A DNA stretch of 61,988 nucleotides, counting the filler, from Choristocarpus tenellus KU-1152 (Eukaryota > Protista > Phaeophyceae), in assembly GCA_964200185.2 (NCBI GenBank). It is 9 parts of 9 records of this genome, joined end to end, with 100 filler letters (N's around TTAATTAATTAA, not from the genome) between each part and the next. Parts side by side here need not be neighbours in the genome. Positions count along the whole stretch, not along the records: positions 1 to 16,849 come from CAXNAD020000758.1; positions 16,950 to 20,702 come from CAXNAD020018137.1; positions 20,803 to 25,531 come from CAXNAD020013307.1; positions 25,632 to 29,747 come from CAXNAD020016131.1; 5 more parts are not named here. One strand, written 5' to 3'. A program made the translations under genes and the position numbers. Positions 14,101-26,169 of the stretch are shown one piece after another; positions within the stretch are counted from its first letter, which is position 1, and each line of letters opens with the position of its first letter. The notes beneath the pieces were generated by a model that was given only the letters and a program-made list of their open reading frames with translations, was not told where the DNA came from and ran no database searches.

Positions 14101-16816
14101 CAAATCCAACCACTGTCGCCAATCTTCTCCCCTGTTCCTGGTAGCAATTACCTACTTTTCCGTTCCCCACATTCCCTGGACATCAGTTGGGTACATCCCT
14201 TGAAGTCTATTTCTATCTCTGTTTAATCATCTAACTGCTCGAAAGGTAAGACATAGCGGCTTCCCAAAACCAGGTGACTCAAAGTATCTGGGAGGGGGGG
14301 GGTCTACACCAGGGTGTCCATTTGGGCCCTGACTAGGAGAAGTGCACTTACATCATTCATCCGACACATGCAATCAAATTGCCCTAAAATCGCTACATGG
14401 AAAAATGGGCCCTGAATGGACAGTTAACACCCTCCCCAGATACTTTGGGCCAGGTCTCCTTTAGTATGTCAGTTTGAATCTAGTACTATACGTTTGAATA
14501 CTTGTGTACATACAAAATTATTACGGAACTTGATATCACTGGGTCAGGAGAGGATTTTCCTTTTTTGTTCTCCAAGTGGCATGTGATGATCAGTCAGCAC
14601 AAAGGACAGTTTGGTGCTGTGTCTCCTAATGCAGGGGAGCGATAAATGCCAACAATTGTTATGTTTTACTAAACCTCTTAGGATGAAATTACTCAAGATT
14701 TGAGTTAGAAGATCAATAGGGTGGTGGGGACCTGAAGAAAAATGAACACATTTTACAATGTACGAATACCTAATTGAAGGTGAGGTTCGCCCCTTGCCTC
14801 TACATCTATTGAAATTGCACAAGAGAACAAACTATCCACGTATTGTATAATACCTACGCACCTGACTGTAATCAATAATACTCAAAGCGTTGTTATTGTG
14901 GTCAGCGTAAGGTGCAAACCTTACATGTACAGGATTTCACCCTAAAACATGAGTCAAAGCATTCAAGAGGGTAGGATTTTGCCTTGTTTGTCTGTTCATA
15001 GCTTGATTTCCCATGGACATTTTATGCCCATGTCGGTTTTCGAAACATTTCAGAGTAGGTAGATGAATATGACTATAAAGGTGTGCCTGGAGCAAGGATA
15101 ATGACACTTGCTAACAAACACGACAGCCAAAATTCATCAAAGTCAAAACATTGGATTTATGACCCTGAACAGACACGGCCCTAACTTCTTAAATACTTTG
15201 GATCCATAGTTCCTCCTTATCTGTTGCTCCAATAGAAAGTCTCACCTCTTCTACAAGCAAAATGAACATCACATCGACTTCTAAACCCTCAGCAACTACA
15301 CTACCTAACCTCAACCCTGCAAACTAATGTCGCAAAAACTGCATGTAGCACCTATCCACCTTAAGTGGCAAATAGTTTTATAGAATTCAAAATGGTGCTA
15401 TAAATATCTGGAGAAAAAAAGTATCGAACCTGTCAACATAGATCAGCAATCACTAGACCAGTCAGTGCAGTAGGCACATGCACACTGCCCTGCCAAAGTG
15501 TAAAAAAATGGTTCTGTTTGTCATGCCATACTTGTTGTCTAATTCATACTACTCCTAACACAAGATGGTATAGTTGTCCTTCTAGATTAGCTCTACGAAG
15601 ACAGCCTACAAGTTGGGGATGAGTACCAGAGTCTGTATCTAGAGCTTCACTCGGTGTCTGTGATGGCAAGACAGGAGAGGAAAAATCATAAAGTAAAATA
15701 TGAGAAACACTCTCCAAAAATAAACTTAACCTTTGTCTGAGGTTCTTCTGTAGCCAACTAAATAATTACGGAACAGTTTTTTGGACACACCATACATAAA
15801 ATAGATACAAACCCAATGGATTCAATTAACTCAGTTCATATCCCAACCAACATTTCTTGTGAAGGTTGCTAATCAATTTGTGACAAAAACCAGGAATCAT
15901 ATTGTGTCAATGGTCAAATCTGGGCTGGGTTAGGGTATGCATATGGACAGTGCTTGGGGGAGAGGGAAAACATGCCTGTTGGCCAAGAGCAGCGGACGTA
16001 ATTCTTCCCTTGGGTCCACAATGGCAGTTGCAGGTGATGCCCTCCCTGCAGCCTGCTTCCCATTGGTGCTTCCCTTCTGACCTCTTGCTTGTACCTGTGC
16101 CTTGGCTGTGTCCTCCTGTGCCTGAGCTTGAGCCTTTGAGTCAGAATGCAAAACATGTAAAATGATAGGAAGCATTAATAGACCATACTGAGGGTGAGCG
16201 GCGGAGAGGGGAAGGGAAAAATTGTATTGACTCTACTTCATTCATAATAACAGTAACTAGAGTAGTAGAACAGGGAACTATACTTTCTAACAACTAATAT
16301 TGTTTCTGCACACCCGTTCCAGAATTGATTCCATTGAAAAACCAAATTGGACCAGGCCTGCAAAGAGAGTCTTTGAAATCGGCAAAGAACAATCAATCTA
16401 TTGAAGGCCCACTGCACCACACCACACCACACCACACTATCCAAACCAAACCAAACCAGAAAAACAATACAAGGTGTACCTTTCTTTCAACAACATAAAG
16501 ACGTAGCAGCTTTACATTGCCACACAAAGAAGGTTCTGGTGCAACTAACCCCCCCTCCTTACATGCCAAACAACAAAAAATGAATGAAGCTCTCATACAC
16601 ACTCCATTACTCCTGTACAACACAAATCCCGTCCTCTTCTCCAGGATGTCTCATTTCCAATAATACAGTACAAGGGTTTATATTCGGGGGAAGTACACCT
16701 GTACAGCAGTGGTGGTTGTATTGACAGCTTCAGTGAGCCGCTCTACTTTTTCTCCCAAACTGCTCAAAGCACCTAGAACCTCCTGCAGCGATGACTCCAA
16801 ACCATCCACACGTCCT
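11109..16816 (-). CDS. EDC4: Enhancer of mRNA decapping 4 (EDC4/Varicose/Ge-1), C-terminal region, partial multi-exon gene
   Basis: Exons (minus): 16816-16699 (coiled coil GRVDGLESSLQEVLGALSSLGEKVERLTEAV), 16133-15976 (..VDPREELRPLLLAN, start approximate), 13196-13034 (FEDAMNKALSASDLTLVLWLC..LSQHILLCLIQQLGASDLHQDT), 11336-11109 (SLKLQWLQQCSLALDPTNPKIRVHVPHVLAQL..stop). Phases match across all junctions. The pattern DP..EL..LL...FE.A..KAL...DL..V.WLC..LSQ..LL.L.QQL..DL....KL.WL is the Ge-1/VCS C-terminal domain. Confidence 0.88.
11790..11872 (+). mobile_element. MITE family B, 83-bp minimal copy with AAT target-site duplication
   Basis: aat|tgctcaaagtatctgggggg...ccccagaaactttgggtc|aat. Confidence 0.7.
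14276..14451 (+). mobile_element. MITE family B (TIR GRSYCAAAGTATCTGGGG), complete 176-bp copy
   Basis: aggt|gactcaaagtatctgggaggg...gtccatttgggccc...gggccctgaatggac...ccctccccagatactttgggcc|aggt. Confidence 0.85.
14951..15204 (-). mobile_element. MITE family A, diverged copy with CAT TSD
   Basis: cat|gagtcaaagcattcaagagggtag...aaatactttggatc|cat. The internal sequence is colinear with the other copies. Confidence 0.8.
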
Positions 16817-16849
16817 CTGAGGTGTAGGGGTGTACGCAGGAGGGGGGGG

Positions 16850-16949
16850 NNNNNNNNNNNNNNNNNNNNNNNNNNNNNNNNNNNNNNNNNNNNTTAATTA
16901 ATTAANNNNNNNNNNNNNNNNNNNNNNNNNNNNNNNNNNNNNNNNNNNN
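16850..16949. other. Artificial contig-joining spacer (44N-TTAATTAATTAA-44N)
   Basis: The identical 100-nt spacer occurs at 16850, 20703, 25532, 29748, 34181, 39704, 45627 and 57686. The linker has stops in all frames. Confidence 0.97.
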
Positions 16950-18884
16950 TATTCCATTACTCCATACATATTTTACCGTAACTGTCCGATAGAGTTGAAA
17001 GAGTCTAATCGAACACCTGCTTGTGGCAATTTTTGACTTGCTGGCCTTAAGAGCTTCAAACGATGTCTCGTAGGTGCTAGATCTGCAACATCTGTCTCTG
17101 CCCTAAGCAATAAGCCCCTAGAGTTACTGTGATCTCCTAACCCTATGGGTTCCGGGGAAACGGACCCTGCAAGGCACGCCTAGTTCCGACTAGTCCTCGT
17201 GCGTTTGTCGCCGGGTTCATCATCATCTTGGTTGGCGTTTGAATTCGCAGGGGTTGGAACTATGTAGTCGTAAGGCGGGCAGTAAGTGTAGACACTGCAT
17301 GATCAAATGACTGTTCGGTGTAGAGATCATGCCTATCCCGTCTCCTCGGACGTTTCCGAATCTTCCTCGAGGGATGATAGTTGCTGACATTAGGATTGGC
17401 CCAACAGGTGTCTGTGGAATTTCCCCAACGTGATCTCACGTTGTACCCTTCAAACTCACGAATCGGGTGGGAATCATGAGGCTCAAGAGGCATTAAAGTA
17501 AGTAGTCCTGAGGGTTTCTCATGGACTGGGGTACGCCATTTTGCTTTCAATTGCTTAATTTCGGAGTTGACTTGTTTGAGATGAGAGGTCAGTGAGAGGG
17601 GCAATCAGTTCGGCGGTGGCAAGGTCAACTGGTTCGAGGTCAACCTTTCTTGGGGGTTAACTCTCACTCCTATCGCTGAGGACTCAAATGCAAAACCCCA
17701 AGGATTGAGGATTGACGGCACAACACCGACATTAAATGCAAAATACCAAAGTCGGCCAGTGAGCAGGGCAATCCGAATGACCGGGGCAAGGTCAACTGGG
17801 TCGAGCTCAGACCTTTCTCGGGGGTTAACTCTCAACTCATGCGCAATAGCATCAATTGACTCAATTGTTGTAAGTGCCCAAACATCCTCCTTAGGCTCTT
17901 GACGTATGTCAAATCATGTTGCAGGATGTGTTTTATCCACAGGATTAGGCACAGAAACTTCCTTAAGGCTACCAGTCGCAAACTCCTTCCACAACGAAAC
18001 ATTCAGGGTTTCGTAGGAGGATCTAACGCTTGCTTGGTCAAGGCTAGTCCCTCTACAAATCTGGTGTTGGAAGAGTTGCATACGCATATCGCCTAAAATA
18101 TTATCGTACCAGGGTTTCATAAGAGGATTGAACACTTGCTTGGTCGGGGCTAGTCCCTCTACAAATCTGGTGTTGGAAGAGTCGCATACACATATCGCCT
18201 AAATTCTGATCATAGGTGGGATGCAGGTTGCATCAACAGATAGACGATTGACCATGGCAATGTCGCCGACCGATTCTTACAAATAGTGAGCAACTTTCCA
18301 AAATTGAACACTGGGGGGCACCCTTGTTCTTGTACATCCCAAAAACGCATCGGGGGGAAGTCTTTGTGTGAAGGGTATTTGACAACGAAGGGGCTTGTGT
18401 GGGATGTATCAGACACAGAAAGGCCATTGGACTCTGGGTTTGTAACACTCATCTTCATATTCATAGTTTGCATGGCCGCTGCCACTAACGTTGGTCATGC
18501 GGAGTCCCACCAATCGCCTCATCGACCATTTTCTTGACATCAACGAGTTGGCAACCCATGTAACTGGGACCCAGATTTCGGGTAGGGCCTTCCCTCAGGC
18601 TCTTCTCCGTCACCCCTTCCTGCTCTAGCGAGCCAGCCACCAGGGGCGCCTTTGTCTACAGATGTAGACGCAGGATCCAGTAGAGGTTGTGAATTAGTAG
18701 TACCCCCGTCTTTACCTCCTTCAGCTGCTCTGCTTGAGGTGGCCTTCTTCTTCCCTTTCCTTGCCAAAGACTGCTCTTTGCTGGTGGAAGTGGAAGTGGG
18801 ATTGGAAGTGGTCTCACTTCTCCATGTATTGTTTGTTTCGGTGTGGTCAGACATAACGTGAAAGTGTGTTAACCCCCTTGAACA
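16950..18884 (-). mobile_element. Degenerate gag-like region of a Ty3/Gypsy LTR retrotransposon
   Basis: Chain of minus-strand ORFs (18540-18935, 18210-18485, 17914-18135, 17605-17835, 17260-17604) right after the LTR+PBS. VSLWKEFATGSLKEV and RQEPKEDVWA..IESI..IAHEL resemble retrotransposon gag (W.EF...L; Q...E.V..Y). Confidence 0.55.
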
Positions 18885-18900
18885 CTCGGTGTGAGTACCA
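18885..18900 (-). promoter_or_regulatory. Primer-binding site of LTR retrotransposon
   Basis: TGGTACTCACACCGAG begins 1 nt after the ..TTCCACA LTR end. TGG is complementary to the tRNA CCA end. Confidence 0.6.
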
Positions 18901-18901
18901 C

Positions 18902-19274
18902 TGTGGAAGTGTCGAGGCGCCAAAGCTCTCTGCAAAAGGGGGCAATCACGATCACCAGACTGAACTCTTCCACCTCAGAGAGTGGGACCGAGTTTCACGG
19001 GTCTTGGCCCAACATCTCAAAGTGAGTTGAGGAAATCCAGAACAGAACAGAAACCTCAATACACAACAGATGTCACAGAATGACTGAGCTACGTCACAGT
19101 AGGAAGATGGATCAGTTAGAATCGGAATGGATCTTTGTCCCGACAGTCCTTCTGACTGTTTGATCAAATCCGATCTTATGGGTGTGTCTGGTTTTGTGGA
19201 CTGGTCAGTATGGGCAAGTTCCAATGACGTGGTTGGTGCGCTCATGTGTATATGCACGTGCATTATATCCAACA
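18902..19274 (-). mobile_element. Putative 5' LTR (~373 bp)
   Basis: Minus strand begins TGTTGGA and ends TTCCACA (TG..CA with short inverted ends). It is followed by the PBS and gag-like ORFs. Confidence 0.6.
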
Positions 19275-19279
19275 CACAA

Positions 19280-20600
19280 TATGTCTGTGTCGGAAACTAA
19301 AAAAGGGAACCTGTTCCTGACATATACCAAATTCTGGAACACGAAGAGAACCTTAAAACGTTGATGTTACCAAAATCAACTTGACCAATATTCCGTTTGC
19401 CAAGTTGATATGCCAGCTCTATAATTATCCACTGTTTACCGTACTCTTGTGTAGAGATACGGATGGCTTCTGAACCTCCTAGGATGATATCCATCGGTAA
19501 TGTTGGACATGTCCAAAACATAAACAGAAGGGTATTTCTTGTACACCAGTCGTGTGATACGCAATATTGTGGGCGAATTGCACCAAAGGCAATGGTGACG
19601 CCCAATTCGACTGCTTGGTACTGTCTTGTGAACCCTTTCAAGAATGCTGTTACCTTGATGCTGATACACACAGTATTGCGTTTGTTTTCATGTATTTTTA
19701 TTATTATGCACTCCGAAATTTTGCAGATGTGTCAGGGTAAAAGCCAATGAAAACTATTCACATGTCAGAAAAATCCCTCAAAAAGTCACAGTTGTCGTAA
19801 AATGTTAAGAATATTTATCTATTTACGATTTTATTACTAGCTATGCTGTACCACTGCCTTCCTGTGCCTCCAAGCTAGGTTAGTCCTGCACCCCAGGGCG
19901 AGGAGCTAGGGAAGCCTCCCAAGATTCTAATGAGCCCCTCCTTGGCCATGTATCCATAAATCTTCTCTAGTTCCAGGGCTGAGTTATTTTGGAATATTTT
20001 GGGATTTCTTTCTATGGTCTGAATGAAAGGTTTCTGGGGAGAAAAAAATGGAAAACACTTGTTCGGATAACACTTTTGCTACAGTCGCTTCTAGCTTGTT
20101 GTCAGGAATAGTTCTGAGCAGTGTAAACCATGTTACTGATCCACTGTAGACAAGAAATGTAGATTTTTCTTGTTGTGCGTTGTATTCACCAAAATCATTT
20201 ACCCCTCTATGAAATGGGCATGTTTCTGGCTTATGCCCTGAAGGTTTAGGTAGAAGGCGATGTTTTCCGGCTTCGTTTCGGCATGATCGATGCATTGAAC
20301 GCCAAGTTGAAACATGTTCATATAATGTGGGGCCACCAAAAATGGTCACGAATTCGGTTAACAGTTTGCTTGAATGCAATGTGTCCAGACTCAGACACCT
20401 TATGATCATGAAGGGCGTGGATTGTTGAAACTTGTACCTCGGTGGGTACCACTAATTGCTCTCGGAATTTATAATTTTTCGAAGGTGAGTACGTTGATAA
20501 GATTTATTGGTGTAACAACTGATTGCCTTCCATCTCTTGTTCGAGAAGTAGGACATGGTTTCATTCTGGTAAAAAAAGAGGGCTTCTTCTGGTTTAGCCA
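19280..20600 (-). mobile_element. Decayed Ty3/Gypsy integrase
   Basis: ORF 19984-20409 (..PTLYEHV..RSCRN..PFHRGVND..TIPDNKLEATVAKVLSEQVFSIFFSPETFHSD), then GNSILERVHKT and TLLFMFWTCPTLPMDIILG. These match the Gypsy IN core motifs P...HSD.G, N...ER...T and PF.LMFGR.P.LP.D. Confidence 0.8.
19695..19835 (+). repeat. Repeat family C copy inserted in Gypsy integrase
   Basis: ttattattatgcactccgaaattttgcagatgtgtcagggtaaaagccaatgaaaactattcacatgtcagaaaaatccc. Confidence 0.75.
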
Positions 20601-20602
20601 AA

Positions 20603-20702
20603 GGGTCAAAGTATCTGGGGGGGGGGGTGTCGGCGTCCGTTTTTCAGCCTTTTTTTTGTTGATTTTATTTTTTTTGGTGGGGTTTCGTTGCACGTGTTGG
20701 AT
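20603..20702 (+). mobile_element. MITE family B left terminus, truncated by contig end
   Basis: gggtcaaagtatctggggggggggg.. runs into the gap. Confidence 0.75.
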
Positions 20703-23700
20703 NNNNNNNNNNNNNNNNNNNNNNNNNNNNNNNNNNNNNNNNNNNNTTAATTAATTAANNNNNNNNNNNNNNNNNNNNNNNNNNNNNNNNNNNNNNNNNN
20801 NNGGGGGGGGTGTCGCTCTGTGACACTATGTGGGGGGGGGGGGGCTGTATGTAAGTATAATGGTGTGTGTGTGCCTGTGTTGTTGTGTGACATACTTGTG
20901 TTGCGTATGTTTTAAGTTTTCAAGACTGGACCGTGTAGTCGTGGCAAGGTAGTAGTCTCAAGATTGTGTGGAAGTGCGAGATTAGACAGGAAACATGGCG
21001 TGGTCAGAGTTAGCCCACACAAACATGGAGACAATATTTTGTGGTTTGAAATGTCACAGTCGCAATAGTGGCAAGGGTATTGTATTGTGGCGTGTAGCAC
21101 ACGAGATCTTACACAGTGAAATCATAAGGTTTTAAGGGCAATAGCCCAACGAGTAAACGTGTTACTGGTAAGGTGGTAAGAGTAGCTTCGCCCTGGCAAT
21201 AAAGCATTTTTTCACCGTATCGCCGCAACAGATATACGCATGCATCTTCCACGAGATTTGTACATTGGAAATGCTACTCAAGGTACGGAATAACAAGAGC
21301 CTCCTACTACATCAACACCATATACTCTTGCACAGATCTCCCAAACGTAGAACACACCCTACCACACAACCTCACGAAATATCCACTAAGTGCCTTCGAA
21401 AAAATTACTTTTCCATGGCATCATTGGTTGAAAATTGCCAAATATAGCTTACAAAATCGGAACGGAACAACCAAAAGGTGGGAGAAACGGTTTTCCTTGG
21501 TTTGTAGAAAAACTCTTCATAGGTCTTGTATCACAAGGGGTCGAAGTGGGGGAGGATGCGAATACCTATTAAAACTACCATACATCGTGTAGTTGTACTT
21601 AAATAGCAAGCAGCCTTAAGGTCAGTGTGACTGTATATGGTTGTTCCCCTGTTTCAAAAAAGGTAGGGTTGCACTATATTGACTATTTGAATAATTGCTT
21701 CTGAATTTGATTACTCAGTGGTAGTGGACCCAAAAATTACATACTTCAAAATATCTGGAAGCATATTTCTAAAGCACAAGGAAGGGTGATGAGAGAGTAT
21801 TCTTCAACCTAATATCTAGTGTCATTACCCATAGATGCAATATATGTAGCGACAACAAACACTAGAACTATAACATCTATATACGTATGTATGTTTATTG
21901 TACCAATTTTGATTAAATCAGAGGCTGGGGCGTTAGCTTCCGGGCTAACAAGATGTCACACAACTCGTCTCCCCCAAGACCTAGACCTGTGTTATCTCAA
22001 TCCTCGTACTTCCCATAGTTGAGCCTTGCAGGAGCCCTCGTCCCCTATCCTTTATCTTCCTGCCTAAAGATGTGGGGAGAGGACAAAGCTCCTCGGCAGA
22101 TATTTCACACAGTAACCCAATGTTCCTTTTCTTGCCTATGTATTGACATGTCATCAATTGCTGAAGCTACTCTCAAACACACATACCTTCAACCAAGTGC
22201 TCCCACTCAAAGCAATCTCCACATGACCCTATACACATCAGTCACACAGAAGATGTGTGTATGCATCCAGCTATTACAATAGTAGTAAGGAGCAGCCCTC
22301 AGTCCAACTATTGTGATTCATTCATAGTTTCTCATCCAAACCGCAAATAAATATAGGGCCCGTCCTTGGAGAGGCTGCTGATAAATCCAGGTATTTAGGA
22401 ACGGGTAAGAAATAGTTTAACTTGGTTGGTATGGTGGTATGAAGTCAATTGCTGATGTAAGAAAGACGTGAAAAATCCCGTACAAAATTCCTCACGTATT
22501 TTGACCATATCATCGAAGTTGGACCAAAATCGGCCCCTATTTACTTCCCTCATGAGGCTACTTCATCAGAAGTCAAAAAGATCTATGGAGTGGAGCATGT
22601 TCGCCAAGGTCACGGAGATTAGGTGACCCATGTACCGCCGATGGAGCAATCCTGAGGTAGCAGTGATGGACATCTGTAGGGCCGTTGGCTCGAAGAGACC
22701 CAAGATCGGGCAAGTATTTCCACAATGTTCTCAAGGGTATGTCTGGGCTTGTGGGAAGAGAAAGTATCCAGTGATCGTTTAGATGGTCCAGGATAATCCT
22801 TCTTTCAGCTATTTGGATGGATGGTCGCATCATGCTCTTTGGTGGTCCTGCCTTATTGGTTGTGCAAGCTCTTTTGGCGAATGCTCCTCACCGACGATTA
22901 TTCTTACCTTTGTTTTGTCGTATGTATGGGAGGCATTTGTGACTGATTAGCGTTTTTGTATGAGAGGTGTTGGTAATTGTGATCCATCGTGCACTCCACC
23001 TCTCACAGCCCCTCTCCCTTTCCTTAGTCCAAACTCTACAAGTGGTACTATTCAATGTCCTCAAAATCTCCTCTGGTTTAGATTATGTAGCACTATACTT
23101 CTCCTCCTGTCTGTATTCAGATACTACTCTGGAAAGGCATCAAAGAGGATTTTCCGTTTGGGGTATATTTATCTGACTTTCGTGAGGTCATTCAATCGCC
23201 AAGGTGAGAGGGACAATCCCCCTACAAAATCCAATAAAATTGAGATGGGGCGCTGAAGAAAAAGCTCGCAAGGGCAGGTGTCAAGAATTCACTCCACCAC
23301 ACATCAACCTGCCCATGAGTCTAAAGATTTCATATTAAATTTTGTTTCTCTAGATAACCACACTGTGTGTGAATATATGCATACAGTGACAGCTAGGAGG
23401 AGGGACAGGTCTGGGAGGTTGAGGAGGGTTAGTTTGTATACGCAAAGGGTGAGGTAGTGGAAAAGGTTACAATGTTTAGGTCCGAGTGCTTTGGCTTTGG
23501 GAACACTAAAATGTTTGCGATAGGATACAATCAATCATCAGCCGAACTGTACTATATTAAAATTATTCAGGCTTGAGGCAGAAGATGCATGGAGAGAGAG
23601 TGTATTCCCTCTGAGGGTTATATGTAAGACATATTGGGAGCACAGTTAGGCAGATGATAGTCCTGTGAAAATATGCCAGGGCAAGTTATGGGTAAATATG

Positions 23701-24348
23701 CAATTCTATCACCAGCTAGTTTATTCGGTATGTTTTTATGATGTGGATAAAGCCCTTTTTACAGACTATAGAAGACACCAAATCGAGATGCATTTTGTCT
23801 GCATCTCATAGATTCCCTAGAAGAATCTAAGGCTGCGAATATCAGTACAATAGAGCAATAAGAGTCACAGCTAGAGTGTGATTCAGTGTAGCAGACAACG
23901 TGAGGAGATAGTTAGAACCAATCCACGATGATCACAATATTGCCTGGCATTTTCTTCTAGTTGCCAACCATTCATCACATTACATTAACAAGCAAATTCA
24001 AAGCACCACTACGTTAAACAGTATTTAGGAGCCTGATTTTTCCTGACCACAACCTGCCTTGTGTCGAGGGTGTGAGACCCAGCAGATCTTTATTCTTGCT
24101 CAGCAGCTGTATAATCAGTTCTTGTGTGTGTATACTTGACCACAGATTAAGCGCTTTGTATAAGAGAAAAAAAATGTCCATCACTCACTTATCTAGTTGA
24201 AGACTGGAGGCATATGGGCGAAAGAGCTTGGGGTGCTCAAACAGACCTTGGGGGGTGGTAGTGGTGAAAAGAGCTTATATCTCCTCTGATGACATCAATT
24301 TTAAAAAGTGTAATTAGTATTATTGCTACCTCACAACCTAATACCTGT

Positions 24349-24606
24349 GAGTCAAAGTATCTTAGAGGGTAGAGTCGCATCCATTTGAGGTCCAAAATCC
24401 AAGTTGCAATTTTGATTTAATTATGGCTATCGTGCTTGTTAGGAGATGTCAACATCCTTGTTCCAGACACACTTTTTCATGACATACACATTTTACCTAC
24501 TCTGAAACATTTTGGAGTAGGTAAAACGATTTTTAAAACCCGTGGGAAGCCAAGCCCAAAATGGAAAAACAGGGAAAAACTCGTACCCTCTAAGATACTT
24601 TCACTT
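24349..24606 (+). mobile_element. MITE family A with TGT TSD
   Basis: tgt|gagtcaaagtatcttagagggtag...taccctctaagatactttcactt|tgt. Confidence 0.9.
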
Positions 24607-24919
24607 TGTGCAAAGTGTGTTAGAGCATGTAGCATTACATGTCGAACTATCTGAAAAATGCCCTCCTATAAAGAAGACAAAAACACCAACAGACAACACA
24701 CTCTTTTGTGATGCTAACATGGTACTACTGTTCCACTATTATTTAATTGCATGTATCGACGATCTTTTAAATTTAAATATACAGTAACATCTATAATTGT
24801 TATTTTCCAAAGTACTAAATATCACCAAACGATATTCAGGTCGACGATTTGAAGCTAAACACGGACATTTCCGCAATCAGATATTGGGGATTTCGGCCTA
24901 TAAATATATGAGATTGATC

Positions 24920-25470
24920 TAGGTGGAAGAAACGTGTTCAACAGCGTCCGCCGGTCAGCCTTCATCGAGGCTCTCCCTGGGACTCTACCAGGACCCCTGC
25001 CTTACCTGTCCAAGGTGTACGGGGGAACATATGGATTCATCCAAGTCCACATGGCTGAGATGATCAAGAGCTCTGAGTCACAAATGCTGGCCACACACCT
25101 GAGTGAGATGGAGAACAAACAAATTGCCTGGCTTCTCAAACAGATGGATTCATCCAAGTCCACATGGCTGAGATGATCAAGAGCTCTGAGTCACAAATGC
25201 TGGACACACACCTGAGTGAGATGGAGAACAAACAAATTGCCTGGCTGCTCAACTCCTGGCCCCTCTCTCCACACTTCAGCTATTTGGCAAGGGTCACTCC
25301 CTCCCACCTGGCATGCTCCACCATGGAACAAGCAGACAAGACCTTACTGTGGACGCTGGAGAAGACAATGGAGGTAGCAGACTCAGCGGGAGCCACTGAC
25401 TTCTTTGAAGGGGTGTGTGAAAATGTGTCTCTTCGCCTGGAGATATACCAACAAGTACTGTTACAGGCGA
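24920..25470 (+). mobile_element. Internally deleted non-LTR retrotransposon RT fragment (CRE/Cnl1-like)
   Basis: RNVFNSVRRSAFIEALPGTLPGPLPYLSKVYG matches RT domain 3 (D..NAFNSV.R......P.L.PY....YG). It is joined directly to the downstream part KQIAWLL..S..PHFSYLARVTPSHL.....D..LLW typical of CRE-clade ORFs. The intervening QGD/YxDD region is absent. Confidence 0.7.
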
Positions 25471-26169
25471 GTAGCGCGAGTATTTCTTCCCGTGCTTTGA
25501 CTGGCGCGAGCAGTATACGCGCGTGGGGAACNNNNNNNNNNNNNNNNNNNNNNNNNNNNNNNNNNNNNNNNNNNNTTAATTAATTAANNNNNNNNNNNNN
25601 NNNNNNNNNNNNNNNNNNNNNNNNNNNNNNNCCCCCCCCGCCCCGCTTCCCCCCTCTATGCCCCTGTAACACCTTTTTGACCCCCCCCCCCCCCCCCCCC
25701 CCTCCCCGAAGGCTTCTTGTTAGGCTGTTCGAGTCTTCGGAACCACTACTCGCGTTTGCTTTGTGGTGAGTCTAAAAGCCATCCACTTTCTTAGCACGTA
25801 TCCCCTTCACCCTTTCACCTTTTCCACGAGCGTTGCACACATGACAACATGTTGCCTTGCCCTTCCAGCGGCAGTACTGAGCTTGAGGGAGGTCTCCTTA
25901 GCCATGTCCACAGCCTGCCGTTTTTTGTGCGTAGGGGCAGGGGCACTATTGGCGCAAGGAACTAGGTGAAGGCATTTTCTTTTCAATTCGATGTGGGACT
26001 ACTTTCAGCATTTCAAAGAGTCCCCTAACACGCAAATTACGAAAAACACACCGACAATGTGAACGGTGAGCTGCTACTCTTTCGTTAAAGATGTCCCATG
26101 TACACTCCTGCTAATGCAATCCAGACGAGTGAACCACCCATCAACTTTTCAATACATTCCACCATTTCC

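Noticed and set aside
16894-16905. Recurring palindrome TTAATTAATTAA between N runs
   Set aside because: It is identical in all eight gaps with fixed 44-N flanks, so it is an assembly/concatenation linker and not biological.
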